64,000 nt of DNA from Flavobacterium sp. (GCF_041392005.1 NZ_JAWKMX010000004.1:61325-125324), one strand, 5' to 3'. Positions 41,567 to 52,758 are shown, counted from the first letter of the stretch. Notes: generated by a model from the sequence alone, not told the origin. Translations and numbers: made by a program.

Positions 41567-42368
41567 ATGAAAAATATAATTTATACACTATTTGTAGCAA
41601 CAGTAATTTTTACCAGTTGTTCAAAAACATCGCAAACTGTAGATATTATTCCTAAACACGATACATTTACGTTACAATCGGAACTGGTACATGAAAAACG
41701 TATTATTAATGTATGGACGCCTACAAACTATACCACAAGTCTAGATTCTTTACCCGTTATGTATATGGCCGATGGTGGTATAAAAGAAGATTTTCCTCAT
41801 ATAGCGAATACATTGGCAGAACTTATACAAGAAAACAAAATTAAACCTATAATTTTAGTAGGTATAGAAAATACCGAAAGACGAAGAGATTTAAGTGGTT
41901 TTACCGAAGTTGAAAAAGACAAAGAAATTGCACCAGTTATTGGCGGATCTGAAAATTTTAGAGCTTTTATTAAAAATGAACTTTTTGCTGAAATAGCCAA
42001 ACGCTACCGTATAACAAATGAAAGTATTATTGGCGAGTCGTTATCGGGGTTTTTGTTATGGAAACCTTTTTTTTAGAACCTGAAATGTTTGATAATTACA
42101 TAGCATTTGACCCATCGCTGTGGTGGAACAATCATTATTTGGTTCGCAAAGCAAATGAGCATTTAAAAAAGTTTCCTTTAAATGAAAACTTTGGTTTGCT
42201 GGTTCTAGCGCAACCGATATTTCGCCTTATACAAATGAATTGTCTGCTATTTTAAAAAATGAAAATTATCCGAATTTAAAATGGAAATATGCTGATGAAC
42301 CTTCAGAGAAACATACAACTATTTTTAGAGCAACTAAAGAAAAAGCTATAATTTGGACATTAAATTAA
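41567..42368 (+). pseudogene. alpha/beta-hydrolase esterase lipoprotein (IroE/Fes-like); apparent frameshifts near 42020-42230
   Basis: Lipobox FTSC, YMADGG, LVGIENTERRRDL, IGESL nucleophile elbow, AFDPSLWW; C-terminus ..EKHTTIFRATKEKAIIWTLN* in another frame. Confidence 0.8.
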
Positions 42369-42372
42369 AAAT

Positions 42373-43757
42373 TTAAATTCCAGCAATAGTTTTTAATTCG
42401 CTAACAAAACGTTTGGCTAAAGCATCGGCTTCTTTTTGTGTTGGTGCTTCGGTATAAATACGAATTATTGGTTCGGTATTCGATTTACGAAGATGTACCC
42501 ATTCGGTAGGAAAATCGATTTTTACGCCATCAATTGTAGTACAATTTTCAGATTTATAATTGGTTTCAATTGTTTTTAAAACGTTATCTACATCAATTTG
42601 TGGTGTTAACTCAATTTTATTTTTACTCATAAAATACTGCGGATAACTGGCACGTAACTCGGCCACCGTTTTTTCTTGATTGGCTAAATACGTTAAGAAT
42701 ATACACCTACAACCGCATCGCGACCATAATGAATTTCTGGGTAAATAATTCCGCCATTGCCTTTGCCACCAATATCGGCATTGGTTTTCTTCATTAATTC
42801 TACCACGTTTACTTCGCCTACAGCACTAGCTTGGTAACTTCCGTTATGTTTTTCGGTAATATCGCGCAATGCGCGAGAAGACGACATATTTGAAACCGTA
42901 TTTCCTGGTGTTTTGCTCAATACATAATCGGCAATGGCAACCAAAGTATATTCTTCGCCAAACATTTCTCCATCGTTTGAAATAAACGCTAAACGATCTA
43001 CATCAGGATCTACTACAATTCCGAAATCGGCTTTTTCTTCAACAACCAATTTACAAATATCGCCCAAATGCTCTTTCAATGGTTCTGGATTGTGCGGAAA
43101 ATGCCCGTTAGGTTCGCAATACAATTTTACAACCTCTACTCCCATTTGCTCTAAAACTTTAGGAATAATAATACCGCCCGACGAATTTACACCGTCAACT
43201 ACAACTTTAAATTTCTTTTGTTTAACAACATTTACATCGACCAAAGGTAAATTTAGCACTTCATCAATGTGAATATCCATATACGCATCATTTTCAGTAA
43301 TTTCGCCTAAATTATCTACCTCAACAAAATCGAACGCTTCCTTTTCGGCAATTTCTAAAATTATAGCACCATCGGCGCCACTTAAAAATTCGCCTTTTTC
43401 GTTTAACAATTTTAGCGCATTCCACTGTTTTGGATTATGCGAAGCCGTAAGAATAATACCGCCATCGGCTTGTTCAAGTGGTACGGCAACTTCAACGGTT
43501 GGTGTTGTAGAAAGTCCTAAATCAATAACATCAATTCCTAAACCTATTAAAGTATTCACTACTAAATTATGAATCATTGGACCCGAAATTCGAGCATCGC
43601 GACCAATGCAAACTTTTAATCGCTTGTTTGGTTTTGCTTGTTTTAAAAACATTCCGTAAGCCGAAGCAAATTTTACCGCATCTACTGGTGTTAAATTATC
43701 GCCTACGTTTCCGCCAATTGTTCCACGAATTCCTGAAATTGATTTTATTAATGTCAT
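42373..43757 (-). pseudogene. glmM: phosphoglucosamine mutase; one apparent frameshift near 42700, probably sequence error
   Basis: SISGIRG, TASHNP, DPDVDR, SAVGEVNV, HLRKSNTEPIIRIYTEA; the two ORFs (42693..43757 and 42373..42666) join into one protein. Confidence 0.88.
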
Positions 43758-43846
43758 ATAAATTATGCGTTATGAATTTTAAATTTTAAATTGCAAACAA
43801 ATATACTAATTGACCTTTAAACTACTAGCATTTTAAGTTTTAAATA

Positions 43847-44434
43847 ATGAATTTTTTGGCACACATCTATTTATCTGGCGACAACGAAATGCTCAAAATT
43901 GGCAATTTTATGGCCGATAGTATAAAAGGGAATAACTATTTAGAGTACACTGGCGATTTACAAAAGGGAATTTTACTACACCGAGCCATTGATTCGTTTA
44001 CCGATACCAATGAAATATACAGAAAAAGTAAACATCGGTTACATAAAAAATACGGGCATTACTCGGGTATTATTATGGATGTAGTTTATGACCACTATTT
44101 GGCTAAAAATTGGAATCGGTTTTCAACTGAAAATTTATCTGATTTTGTATTGCGTTTTTATCAATCTATTTCGAAAAACAGTTCACTTTTACCTGTAAAA
44201 ACACAACGATTAGTTCCATTTATGATTGATCAAAATTGGTTAGAATCGTATGTTACTTTAGATGGTTTACAAACCATTTTATGGCAAATGAGTCGCAGAA
44301 TAAACTATACAATAGACATGAGTGAAGCGATAAGTGAAGTACAAGAGTTTTACTTAGAATTTGAAAGTGAATTTTTTGAATTTATGGTTGAAATAGAAAA
44401 AATGTGCAAAGAAAAACTAAAAGAACTTGGGTAG
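43847..44434 (+). CDS. acpH: acyl carrier protein phosphodiesterase (AcpH/DUF479)
   Basis: MNFLAHIYLS, GNFMAD, LHRAIDSFTD, DVVYDHYLA. Confidence 0.88.
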   Translation: MNFLAHIYLSGDNEMLKIGNFMADSIKGNNYLEYTGDLQKGILLHRAIDSFTDTNEIYRKSKHRLHKKYGHYSGIIMDVVYDHYLAKNWNRFSTENLSDFVLRFYQSISKNSSLLPVKTQRLVPFMIDQNWLESYVTLDGLQTILWQMSRRINYTIDMSEAISEVQEFYLEFESEFFEFMVEIEKMCKEKLKELG

Positions 44435-44479
44435 CATTTCAATTAAAAGTAACTTTGTTTTTTATTTGAAATTGACACA

Positions 44480-46297
44480 ATGCCTACTAGAAAAAAAAAT
44501 AAAATTGTTCGTTTTTTGTATAAAACTTTTAAACGATTTGAACAGTTTTTATTTTTAATAAAATCGTTAATTACACCGCGGCAATTTATTTATGTTTCGT
44601 GTGTGCTTGTTGGTATTTCATCAGCTTTAGCCGTAATTGTATTAAAGTTTTTTGCGCATTCGGTTTATAATTTCGCGCAATATTTAGACAGTTTTTTGCA
44701 CCTGCCGTATAGCAATAGTATTTTTCCAATAATTGGCATTTTACTAACGGTTTTTATTATTAAAAAGTTCTTAGATGGTTCTATACAAAAAGGATCGGGT
44801 GCTATTTTACATGCAATAGCTAAAAAAGGCGGTATAATGCCTCGAAAACAAATGTATTCGCAAATAATTACGAGTTCATTTACCGTAGGTATGGGTGGAA
44901 GTGCTGGTTTAGAATCGCCTATTACTGTTACAGGAGCTGCATTTGGCAGTAATTATGCGCAAAACTACCGCTTAAGTTCTAAAGATAGAATTTTACTTTT
45001 AGCGTGTGGCGTTGCTGCTGGAATTTCGGCCGCTTTTAACGCACCCATTGCGGGTGTTTTATTTGCTATTGAAGTGGTTTTAGCCGAAATTAGTATTACT
45101 GCTTTTATACCTATTATGATAAGTGCGGCAACAGGCGCTTTGGTTTCGGCTGTTGTACTTAATGAAGATATTTTGCTTAATTTTAAACAAGGCGAAGTTT
45201 TCGATTATCATAACATTCCTTATTATATTCTATTAGGTTTGCTCTCGGGGTTTGTTTCTATAAATTATGCCCGAACTTTTAGAAAAATAGAAAAATGGTT
45301 TCACAAAAGAAAAAGCTCCTATAAAAAAGCTTTTTTTGGAGCATCTATTTTAGCCATTCTAATTTTCTTTTTCCCTACACTTTTTGGCGAAGGGTACGAA
45401 AGTATAAAAATACTCGCCAATCAACATCCTGAAACTATTTTAAACAATACCATTTTACAAGATTTTAAAAACAACCAGTGGGTTTTACTAGCATTTGTGG
45501 GCGCTACTATGCTTATTAAGGTGTATGCAACCGGACTTACACTAGGTTCGGGCGGAAATGGTGGCAATTTTGCACCTTCGTTGTTTGTAGGTTCCTATTT
45601 AGGCTTTGTAGTAGCAAAATTAATTAACCTTATAGGAATAACCGATAATGTTTCGGTTAGCAACTTTACATTAGTAGGAATGGCTGGCATTTTAAGTGGT
45701 TTATTTCACGCACCATTAACGGCTATTTTCTTAATTGCAGAAATTACTAGTGGTTATAATCTTATGGTGCCGTTAATGATTGTTTCTTCTATAAGCTTTG
45801 CTATTTCGAAACGATTTGAACCGTATTCGTTCGATATTAAAGATTTAGCTTATAAAGGCGATGTATATACAAATGATAAAGATAAAAACATACTAAATTC
45901 ATTAGAAACTTCGCAATTTATTGATACGCATATTAAAGTTATTTCCGAATCGAACTCGTTGCTTGAACTTCATAATATTAGCCAGCAAACCAAGCAATTT
46001 TTATTTCCTGTTGTGAATAACGATAAGCAACTTTTAGGAATTATAAATATCGATGCTATTCGATCGGTTTTGTTTTCAAATTTTACAATACGTTATACAA
46101 GTACAAAAGAAGTTATGCAGCCTCCAAAAGAAATTGTTTTTTTTAATGAGAGTATTGATGCGATTATGGATAAGTTTGATGCTTCGCAAGAAGATGTACT
46201 TCCTGTAATAAAGAATGGTGTATTTGTTGGTTTCATATCTAAAATACGAATTTTAGAAAAGTATAGAGAAAAGCTAAAAGCCATGATTATTGAATAA
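44480..46297 (+). CDS. ClC chloride channel/antiporter with CBS domains
   Basis: GGSAGLESP, AAFNAPIAGVLFAIE, GGNGGNFAPSLF, APLTAIFLIAE; C-terminal CBS pair. Confidence 0.92.
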   Translation: MPTRKKNKIVRFLYKTFKRFEQFLFLIKSLITPRQFIYVSCVLVGISSALAVIVLKFFAHSVYNFAQYLDSFLHLPYSNSIFPIIGILLTVFIIKKFLDGSIQKGSGAILHAIAKKGGIMPRKQMYSQIITSSFTVGMGGSAGLESPITVTGAAFGSNYAQNYRLSSKDRILLLACGVAAGISAAFNAPIAGVLFAIEVVLAEISITAFIPIMISAATGALVSAVVLNEDILLNFKQGEVFDYHNIPYYILLGLLSGFVSINYARTFRKIEKWFHKRKSSYKKAFFGASILAILIFFFPTLFGEGYESIKILANQHPETILNNTILQDFKNNQWVLLAFVGATMLIKVYATGLTLGSGGNGGNFAPSLFVGSYLGFVVAKLINLIGITDNVSVSNFTLVGMAGILSGLFHAPLTAIFLIAEITSGYNLMVPLMIVSSISFAISKRFEPYSFDIKDLAYKGDVYTNDKDKNILNSLETSQFIDTHIKVISESNSLLELHNISQQTKQFLFPVVNNDKQLLGIINIDAIRSVLFSNFTIRYTSTKEVMQPPKEIVFFNESIDAIMDKFDASQEDVLPVIKNGVFVGFISKIRILEKYREKLKAMIIE

Positions 46298-46319
46298 AAA
46301 AACTAAATAGGTAAAAATG

Positions 46320-46356
46320 AAAAATCCCGATTATAAATTATAATCGGGATTTTTTT
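46320..46356. terminator. bidirectional terminator between the ClC gene and rpsA
   Basis: aaaaatcccgattat-aaatt-ataatcgggattttt. Confidence 0.85.
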
Positions 46357-46376
46357 ATGATTAAATGAACGGAAAA

Positions 46377-48134
46377 TTATTTTCCTTTTTCCATTTTCTC
46401 TTTTAATTCAGCTAAAGCATCAATATCGCCTAAAGTAGTTTTTTCTACGTTAGCGGTAGTTTTTTCAGCTGCTTCTTTAATTGCTTTTTCTTCTTCTTCA
46501 CGGAAAATAGCCGTATGAGAAGCTACAACTCTTTTAAATTCTTTGTTGAACTCGATAATTTTGAAATCGGCAGTATCGCCTTTTTTCAATTTTTTACCGT
46601 CTTCTTGCTCTAAATGACGAGTAGGAATAAAAGCAACAACATCGTCACCGAAGTCTACAGTTGCACCTTTGTCAACCATTTCTCCGATTGTTCCATTGTG
46701 GATAGTTCCAACAGCAAAAGCTTCTTCATGTTTATCCCAAGGGTTTTCTGTAGTTTGTTTATGACCTAATGATAATTTACGACCATCAACATCTAATTCT
46801 AATACTACAACGTCTAATTTATCGCCTACATTAACAAATTCTGATGGATGTTTAATTTTCTTAGTCCAAGATAAATCTGAGATATATACTAAACCATCTA
46901 CACCTTCTTCTAACTCTACGAAAACACCAAAGTTTGTAAAGTTACGAACTGTTCCTGTGTGTTTAGAACCTACAGGGTATTTAGTTGTAATATCAGTCCA
47001 AGGATCGGTAGTTAATTGCTTAATACCTAACGACATTTTGCGTTCGTCTCTATCTAATGTTAAAATAACCGCTTCTACCTCATCGCCTACTTTTACGAAA
47101 TCTTGTGCGCTACGTAAATGCGTTGACCAAGACATTTCAGAAACGTGAATTAAACCTTCAACACCTTCAGCTACTTCAATAAAAGCACCATAATCTGCTA
47201 AAACAACTACTTTTCCTTTTACTTTGTCGCCAACTGCTAAATTAGCATCTAAAGCGTCCCAAGGATGTGCGTTTAATTGTTTTAAACCTAATTGAATACG
47301 TGTTTTCTCATCATCAAAATCTAAGATAACAACGTTTAATTTTTGGTCTAATTCTAATACTTCAGATGGGTGGTTAATACGAGACCAAGATAAATCGGTA
47401 ATGTGAATTAAACCATCTACACCTCCTAAATCGATGAATACACCATAAGAAGTAATGTTTTTAACTACACCTTCTAATACTTGACCTTTTTCTAATTGAC
47501 CAATAATTTCTTTTTTCTGTTCTTCGATATCAGCCTCGATAAGCGCTTTATGAGAAACAACAACGTTTTTGAATTCGTGGTTAATTTTTACCACTTTAAA
47601 TTCCATAGTTTTGTTTACGTATTGATCGTAATCACGAATTGGTTTAACGTCAATTTGTGAACCTGGTAAGAATGCTTCGATTCCGAAAACATCTACAATC
47701 ATACCACCTTTTGTTCTACATTTTACAAAACCATTAACAATTTCTCCAGTTTCATTTGCTGCAATAACTCTATCCCAAGCTTTAATAACTCTTGCTTTTC
47801 TGTGCGATAATACTAATTGACCTGTTTTATCTTCACGAATATCGATTAAAACTTCTACTTTATCGCCAACTTTTAAGTTAGGATTGTAACGAAATTCGTT
47901 TAAAGAAATAACACCTTCCGATTTAGCATTAATATCAACAATAGCATCTCTATCGGTAATTCTTACTACTACACCTTCTACTACTTCTTGATCGTCTGTA
48001 GATACGAAAGTTTTTGATACTAAATCTTCAAATTCTTGCAAGTTTTTTTCATCTACTGCATCAATTCCTTCTTCGTAATTGTGCCAGTTAAAGTTTGCTA
48101 AGAATTCTTCTTGTGTTTTGTTAATTTCAGACAT
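46377..48134 (-). CDS. rpsA: 30S ribosomal protein S1
   Basis: Six S1 repeats (YGVFIDLGGVDGLIHITDLSW, YGAFIEVAEGVEGLIHVSEMSW, FGVFVELEEGVDGLVYISDLSW); start taken at MSEINK (48134). Confidence 0.97.
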   Translation of the reverse strand: MSEINKTQEEFLANFNWHNYEEGIDAVDEKNLQEFEDLVSKTFVSTDDQEVVEGVVVRITDRDAIVDINAKSEGVISLNEFRYNPNLKVGDKVEVLIDIREDKTGQLVLSHRKARVIKAWDRVIAANETGEIVNGFVKCRTKGGMIVDVFGIEAFLPGSQIDVKPIRDYDQYVNKTMEFKVVKINHEFKNVVVSHKALIEADIEEQKKEIIGQLEKGQVLEGVVKNITSYGVFIDLGGVDGLIHITDLSWSRINHPSEVLELDQKLNVVILDFDDEKTRIQLGLKQLNAHPWDALDANLAVGDKVKGKVVVLADYGAFIEVAEGVEGLIHVSEMSWSTHLRSAQDFVKVGDEVEAVILTLDRDERKMSLGIKQLTTDPWTDITTKYPVGSKHTGTVRNFTNFGVFVELEEGVDGLVYISDLSWTKKIKHPSEFVNVGDKLDVVVLELDVDGRKLSLGHKQTTENPWDKHEEAFAVGTIHNGTIGEMVDKGATVDFGDDVVAFIPTRHLEQEDGKKLKKGDTADFKIIEFNKEFKRVVASHTAIFREEEEKAIKEAAEKTTANVEKTTLGDIDALAELKEKMEKGK

Positions 48135-48255
48135 GCTGATTAAATTATTTGTATGTTGCGTTTTTATTGGATTTTTTATGCAGCTAAAAACAACAACAGT
48201 TGTTTTACATAAATAATTGATTCCTAATGAAAATCCATTCCTGCCAAAAGGTTGG

Positions 48256-48263
48256 CAAAGGTA
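48256..48263 (-). promoter_or_regulatory. -7 promoter box for rpsA
   Basis: TACCTTTG on the minus strand, about 120 nt upstream of the ATG. Confidence 0.65.
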
Positions 48264-48301
48264 CAAATAATTATTTGTTTTACAAATATTTAAAAATAAA
48301 T

Positions 48302-48985
48302 TTAGAGGTGTTTGTTTACTATTTGGAGAACAACTTTAAACTGCTCTTCTTTAGTTAAAACAGAGTTATCTATTACAATTGCATCTTCGGCTTTAACAAG
48401 AGGCGAATCTTCGCGATGTGTATCAATATAATCGCGTTGTTGTACATTTTCTAAAACTTCGGCAAAACTTACCCGTTGGCCATTTTCAACTAATTCATTA
48501 AAGCGTCGTTGTGCACGTGTTTCGGCAGATGCTGTCATAAAAAGTTTAACATCAGCATTAGGAAATACAACAGTTCCTATATCTCTTCCGTCCATTACTA
48601 TTGCTTTATTTTTACCCATTTCTTGTTGTTGTTGCACTAATTTTGCTCGTATTTCAGAAATCTCGGCTATTCGACTTACATTTTGAGAAACTTCAAGTGT
48701 TCGAATTTGTTTTTCTACATTTTTGTTGTTCAAATACATTTCGGCGTAACCTAATTGTTCATTAAATTGAAAATGCAAATTTATTTTGTCTAAATTTTTT
48801 ACAATCGCTAGTTTATCAATTTTGGTTGGTGTTATCCAATTGTTTTGCATTATAAAATAAGTAACGGCACGGTACATAGCACCAGTATCTACATAAACAT
48901 AACCTAACGTTTTAGCTAACTGTTTTGCTAGTGTACTTTTTCCAGTAGATGAAAATCCGTCTATTGCTATTGTAATTTTTTTCAT
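48302..48985 (-). CDS. cmk: cytidylate kinase
   Basis: IAIDGFSSTGKST, DTGAMYRA, VMDGRDIGTVVFP, RDYID..R. Confidence 0.97.
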   Translation of the reverse strand: MKKITIAIDGFSSTGKSTLAKQLAKTLGYVYVDTGAMYRAVTYFIMQNNWITPTKIDKLAIVKNLDKINLHFQFNEQLGYAEMYLNNKNVEKQIRTLEVSQNVSRIAEISEIRAKLVQQQQEMGKNKAIVMDGRDIGTVVFPNADVKLFMTASAETRAQRRFNELVENGQRVSFAEVLENVQQRDYIDTHREDSPLVKAEDAIVIDNSVLTKEEQFKVVLQIVNKHL

Positions 48986-48987
48986 AC

Positions 48988-50022
48988 TTAACGATAATAA
49001 TCTCGATCTAAATCAATCATTAAACCAAACAAACTTGTATTTGCAGCCAGTGTATAACGCGAATACGAATAGTTAAAACGAACTCTTCCAAATTTTAAGC
49101 CTACGCCTACTGAAATTCCTGAAAAATTGCGTTGATCTACAATTCGAAGTTCTTCGGCTCTACGAAAATTATAGCCTAATCGAATATTAAAACCTTTTTC
49201 TGGGAATAATTCTGCACCAACAATTACGTGACGTAATGCGTTATTAAAAAACGATATCTTTTCTTCTTGAACCTCTCCATCTAATGTTTCTTCGGCTCTA
49301 TTTGGATTTGAAAACCCAATATTCCATTCTTGTAAATTTTCAAGCGTTAAATGCCAACGAATAGGTACGTGTTCGAGTAATTGTGAAATTCCAGCATCTA
49401 CAGCAAGTGGCAATTTTTCGTTGGTTTCGGCATACGGTTTTAGTTGAAACCCAAGATTTCTTACTGTTAAACCGTAGTTTATATCGTTTTTTTCATCAAT
49501 GTATAAAAAACCTATATCGGTAGCGGCACCCCAAGAATTATAATTTTCTAAAGTTGAAGAAATTAGCTTTACATTTGCGCCCATGTAAAAATCGGTCCAC
49601 GGCACATTGTAAGCATAACCAAATGACAAAGCAGCTTCACTTCCAGTAAAATCTGCAGTGCTATTACCTAATTCGTCGTAACCTTGAAACGTACCATAAT
49701 TTATATATTGAATTCCACCATAAAACGTCATTACATGTTTATCCCAGTGGTAAGCATAAGCACCTGTTCCGTAGGAAACTTCGCCATAATAGTTTCCGTA
49801 ATTTAGAGCCAGTTTATTGTCCATTTCTTCGTTAATAACTGCCGGATTGTAGCTAGCTTGGTTTACATCGTAATCTACAATTGTAACGGTTTTACCACCA
49901 AGTGCTGCTTGGCGTGGCGATTGTGCTAAGTTTAAAAACTGATATACATACTTTCCGCCAATTTGTGTGTAGCTTGGAAGCGTAAAAAGAATAAAAAGTA
50001 AAATCAGTTTTTTAGATTGCAT
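48988..50022 (-). CDS. porQ: type IX secretion system protein PorQ
   Basis: QIGGKYVYQFLNL..SPRQAALGG, NPA, LRLGYNFRRAEEL pattern; cmk-porQ-lon gene order. Confidence 0.85.
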   Translation of the reverse strand: MQSKKLILLFILFTLPSYTQIGGKYVYQFLNLAQSPRQAALGGKTVTIVDYDVNQASYNPAVINEEMDNKLALNYGNYYGEVSYGTGAYAYHWDKHVMTFYGGIQYINYGTFQGYDELGNSTADFTGSEAALSFGYAYNVPWTDFYMGANVKLISSTLENYNSWGAATDIGFLYIDEKNDINYGLTVRNLGFQLKPYAETNEKLPLAVDAGISQLLEHVPIRWHLTLENLQEWNIGFSNPNRAEETLDGEVQEEKISFFNNALRHVIVGAELFPEKGFNIRLGYNFRRAEELRIVDQRNFSGISVGVGLKFGRVRFNYSYSRYTLAANTSLFGLMIDLDRDYYR

Positions 50023-50146
50023 TACTTGTGTTTAGTAAACTTAACGTAAATGCGAAGATAAAATTATATTACCACATAAAAAACAAATCCTAATTATTTT
50101 GACAATTAGGATTTGCATTTACTAAAAGAATATTAGTGAAGAAAAA

Positions 50147-52597
50147 TTAAATCGCTTTCGCATTTTTAACTTTCTGATTGGTAATAGCAATATCTAAAAC
50201 TTCACGCATAGTATCTACATAATGAAAAGTTAACCCTTTTAAATATTCGGGTTTAATTTCATCTATATCGCGTTTGTTTTCGTTACATAAAATAATCTCT
50301 TTAATATTGGCTCTTTTTGCGGCTAATATTTTTTCCTTAATTCCGCCTACAGGTAATACTTTTCCACGAAGTGTAATTTCGCCTGTCATAGCTAACGATT
50401 TTTTTACTCGCTTTTGCGTAAAACTTGAAACCATAGACGTTAACATAGCAATACCAGCACTTGGGCCATCTTTTGGTGTAGCACCTTCGGGAACGTGAAT
50501 GTGAATATTATGAGTTTCTATTGTTTCTCTTTTAATGCCAAGGTCTTCCGCATTAGTTTTAATATACTCCATTGCTATAGTAATAGATTCTTTCATAACT
50601 GTGCCTAAATTCCCCGTCATTGTTATATTACCTTTTCCTTTAGAAATAGTCGATTCTATAAACAAAATATCGCCTCCTACACGTGTCCAAGCTAATCCTG
50701 TTACTACGCCAGCAATTTCATTATTTTCGTATTTATCGCGTTCTAGTCGTGGTGCTTTTAATATTGCAACTATATCTTCATCGGTAACTTTTATATTATA
50801 CGATTCTTCCATAGCAATAGATTTTGCAGCGTGGCGAACCATTTGTGCAATTTTCTTTTCTAACCCACGAACGCCCGATTCTCTTGTGTAGCCCGAAACT
50901 ATTTTTTCTAATTGTTTTTTACCTATTTGCAAATCTTTTTCGGTTAAACCATGTTCTTTTAACTGTTTTGGTAACAAATGACGTTTCGCTATTTCTACTT
51001 TTTCTTCAATAGTATAACCCGACATGGTAATGATTTCCATTCGATCTTTTAATGCAGGTTGAATAGTCGATAAACTATTAGAAGTAGCTATAAACATTAC
51101 TTTCGATAAATCGTAACCAATTTCTAAAAAGTTATCGTGAAACTCGCTATTTTGCTCTGGATCTAAAACTTCGAGCAAAGCTGAAGATGGATCGCCATTA
51201 TGGCTACTCGACAATTTATCGATTTCGTCTAAAACAAATACTGGGTTTGATGTTTTTGCTTTTTTTATAGCTTGTAAAATTCTACCTGGCATAGCACCAA
51301 TATACGTTTTACGATGACCTCGAATTTCGGCTTCGTCGCGCAAACCACCAAGCGACATACGCACGTATTCTCTACCAAGAGCTTCGGCAATTGATTTTCC
51401 AATAGATGTTTTACCTACACCCGGAGGACCATACAAACATAAAATAGGCGATTTCATATCGTTTCGCAATTTTAAAACTGCCAAATGCTCTATTATACGT
51501 TGCTTAACATCTTCTAGCCCGTAATGGTCGCGATCAAGTATTTTTTGAGCTCGTTTTAAATCGAAATTGTCTTTTGAATAGTCGTTCCAAGGTAATTCGA
51601 GAAACAATTCTAAATAATTACGCTGAATGCCAAAATCGGGCGAATTAGGATTTGTTCGTTGTAATTTTGATACTTCTTTTTCGAAATGTTGTGCTACCTT
51701 TTCGTTCCACTTTTTTGTTTTCGCTTTTGCACGCATTTCTTCAATTTCTGCTTCATACGAAACACCACCCAATTCTTCTTGAATGGTTTTCATTTGTTGC
51801 TGTAAGAAATATTCGCGTTGTTGCTGGTCTAAATCGGAACGTACTTTAGATTGAATATCGTTACGAATTTCTAATTTTTGCAACTCTATATTCATAAAAC
51901 GTAACGTTTCTAATGCGCGTTCTTTTAAATTTGGAATGGCTAATAAATCTTGTTTATCTTTTACCGATAAATTCATATTAGACGATACAAAATTGATTAA
52001 AAACGGACTGCTTTCTATATTTTTTATAGCAAAAGTAGCCTCGGTAGGAATATTGGGACTTTCCTTTATAATATCGATAGCCAGCTCTTTAATTTGTTCT
52101 ACTATAGCAGTAAATTCAGAATCGCTTTGTTTTGGTCTTACTTCTGGAACTTCTTTAATTGTTGCTTTAAAATACGGTTCTTCTTGTGTAAATTGGTCTA
52201 TTTCGAAACGTTTTTTACCTTGCAGAATTACTGTTGTATTACCATCGGGCATTTTTAGAACACGAATAATTCGGGCCACAGTTCCTATCGTATAAATATC
52301 ATCTTTTGTAGGTTCTTCTACAGCCTCGTCAAATTGCGATACTACGCCAACAACTTTTCCTTTTGCATTGGCATCGTTTAGTAATTTAATCGATTTATCG
52401 CGTCCTGCAGTAATAGGAATAACCACACCTGGAAACAACACGGTATTTCGCAAAGGCAAAATAGCAATGTCTTCGGGTAGTTTTTCTTGGTTCATTTCTT
52501 CCTCGTCTTCTGGTGTTAAAAGCGGAATTAATTCGGCATCTTCATTAATTTCTTGTAGTGACAAACTGTCAAAACCTAGTATTTTTGTATTTGGCAT
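50147..52597 (-). CDS. lon: ATP-dependent protease La
   Basis: LRNTVLFP, GPPGVGKTS, HRKTYIGAMPG, DEIDK, PKDGPSAG, PVGGIKEK. Confidence 0.98.
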   Translation of the reverse strand: MPNTKILGFDSLSLQEINEDAELIPLLTPEDEEEMNQEKLPEDIAILPLRNTVLFPGVVIPITAGRDKSIKLLNDANAKGKVVGVVSQFDEAVEEPTKDDIYTIGTVARIIRVLKMPDGNTTVILQGKKRFEIDQFTQEEPYFKATIKEVPEVRPKQSDSEFTAIVEQIKELAIDIIKESPNIPTEATFAIKNIESSPFLINFVSSNMNLSVKDKQDLLAIPNLKERALETLRFMNIELQKLEIRNDIQSKVRSDLDQQQREYFLQQQMKTIQEELGGVSYEAEIEEMRAKAKTKKWNEKVAQHFEKEVSKLQRTNPNSPDFGIQRNYLELFLELPWNDYSKDNFDLKRAQKILDRDHYGLEDVKQRIIEHLAVLKLRNDMKSPILCLYGPPGVGKTSIGKSIAEALGREYVRMSLGGLRDEAEIRGHRKTYIGAMPGRILQAIKKAKTSNPVFVLDEIDKLSSSHNGDPSSALLEVLDPEQNSEFHDNFLEIGYDLSKVMFIATSNSLSTIQPALKDRMEIITMSGYTIEEKVEIAKRHLLPKQLKEHGLTEKDLQIGKKQLEKIVSGYTRESGVRGLEKKIAQMVRHAAKSIAMEESYNIKVTDEDIVAILKAPRLERDKYENNEIAGVVTGLAWTRVGGDILFIESTISKGKGNITMTGNLGTVMKESITIAMEYIKTNAEDLGIKRETIETHNIHIHVPEGATPKDGPSAGIAMLTSMVSSFTQKRVKKSLAMTGEITLRGKVLPVGGIKEKILAAKRANIKEIILCNENKRDIDEIKPEYLKGLTFHYVDTMREVLDIAITNQKVKNAKAI

Positions 52598-52732
52598 AGT
52601 CGTAATTAAGTCATTTTGTCATTGTTTTTAGAGAACTTTACCGTTATAAAAAAAGTATAGCATTCTATAAAACAACAACTTATATGTTTTTTATTTATGT
52701 TTTCAATTTATATAGTCAATAGTTATGCCAAT

Positions 52733-52758
52733 AAAAAAATCCGCACAAAGCGGATTTT
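52733..52758 (-). terminator. intrinsic terminator
   Basis: aaaatccgc-acaaa-gcggatttt. Confidence 0.7.

Noticed and set aside
48135-48266. 44-aa N-terminal extension of RpsA given by the ORF track
   Set aside because: It overlaps the predicted -7 promoter and leader; MSEINK at 48134 is the plausible start.
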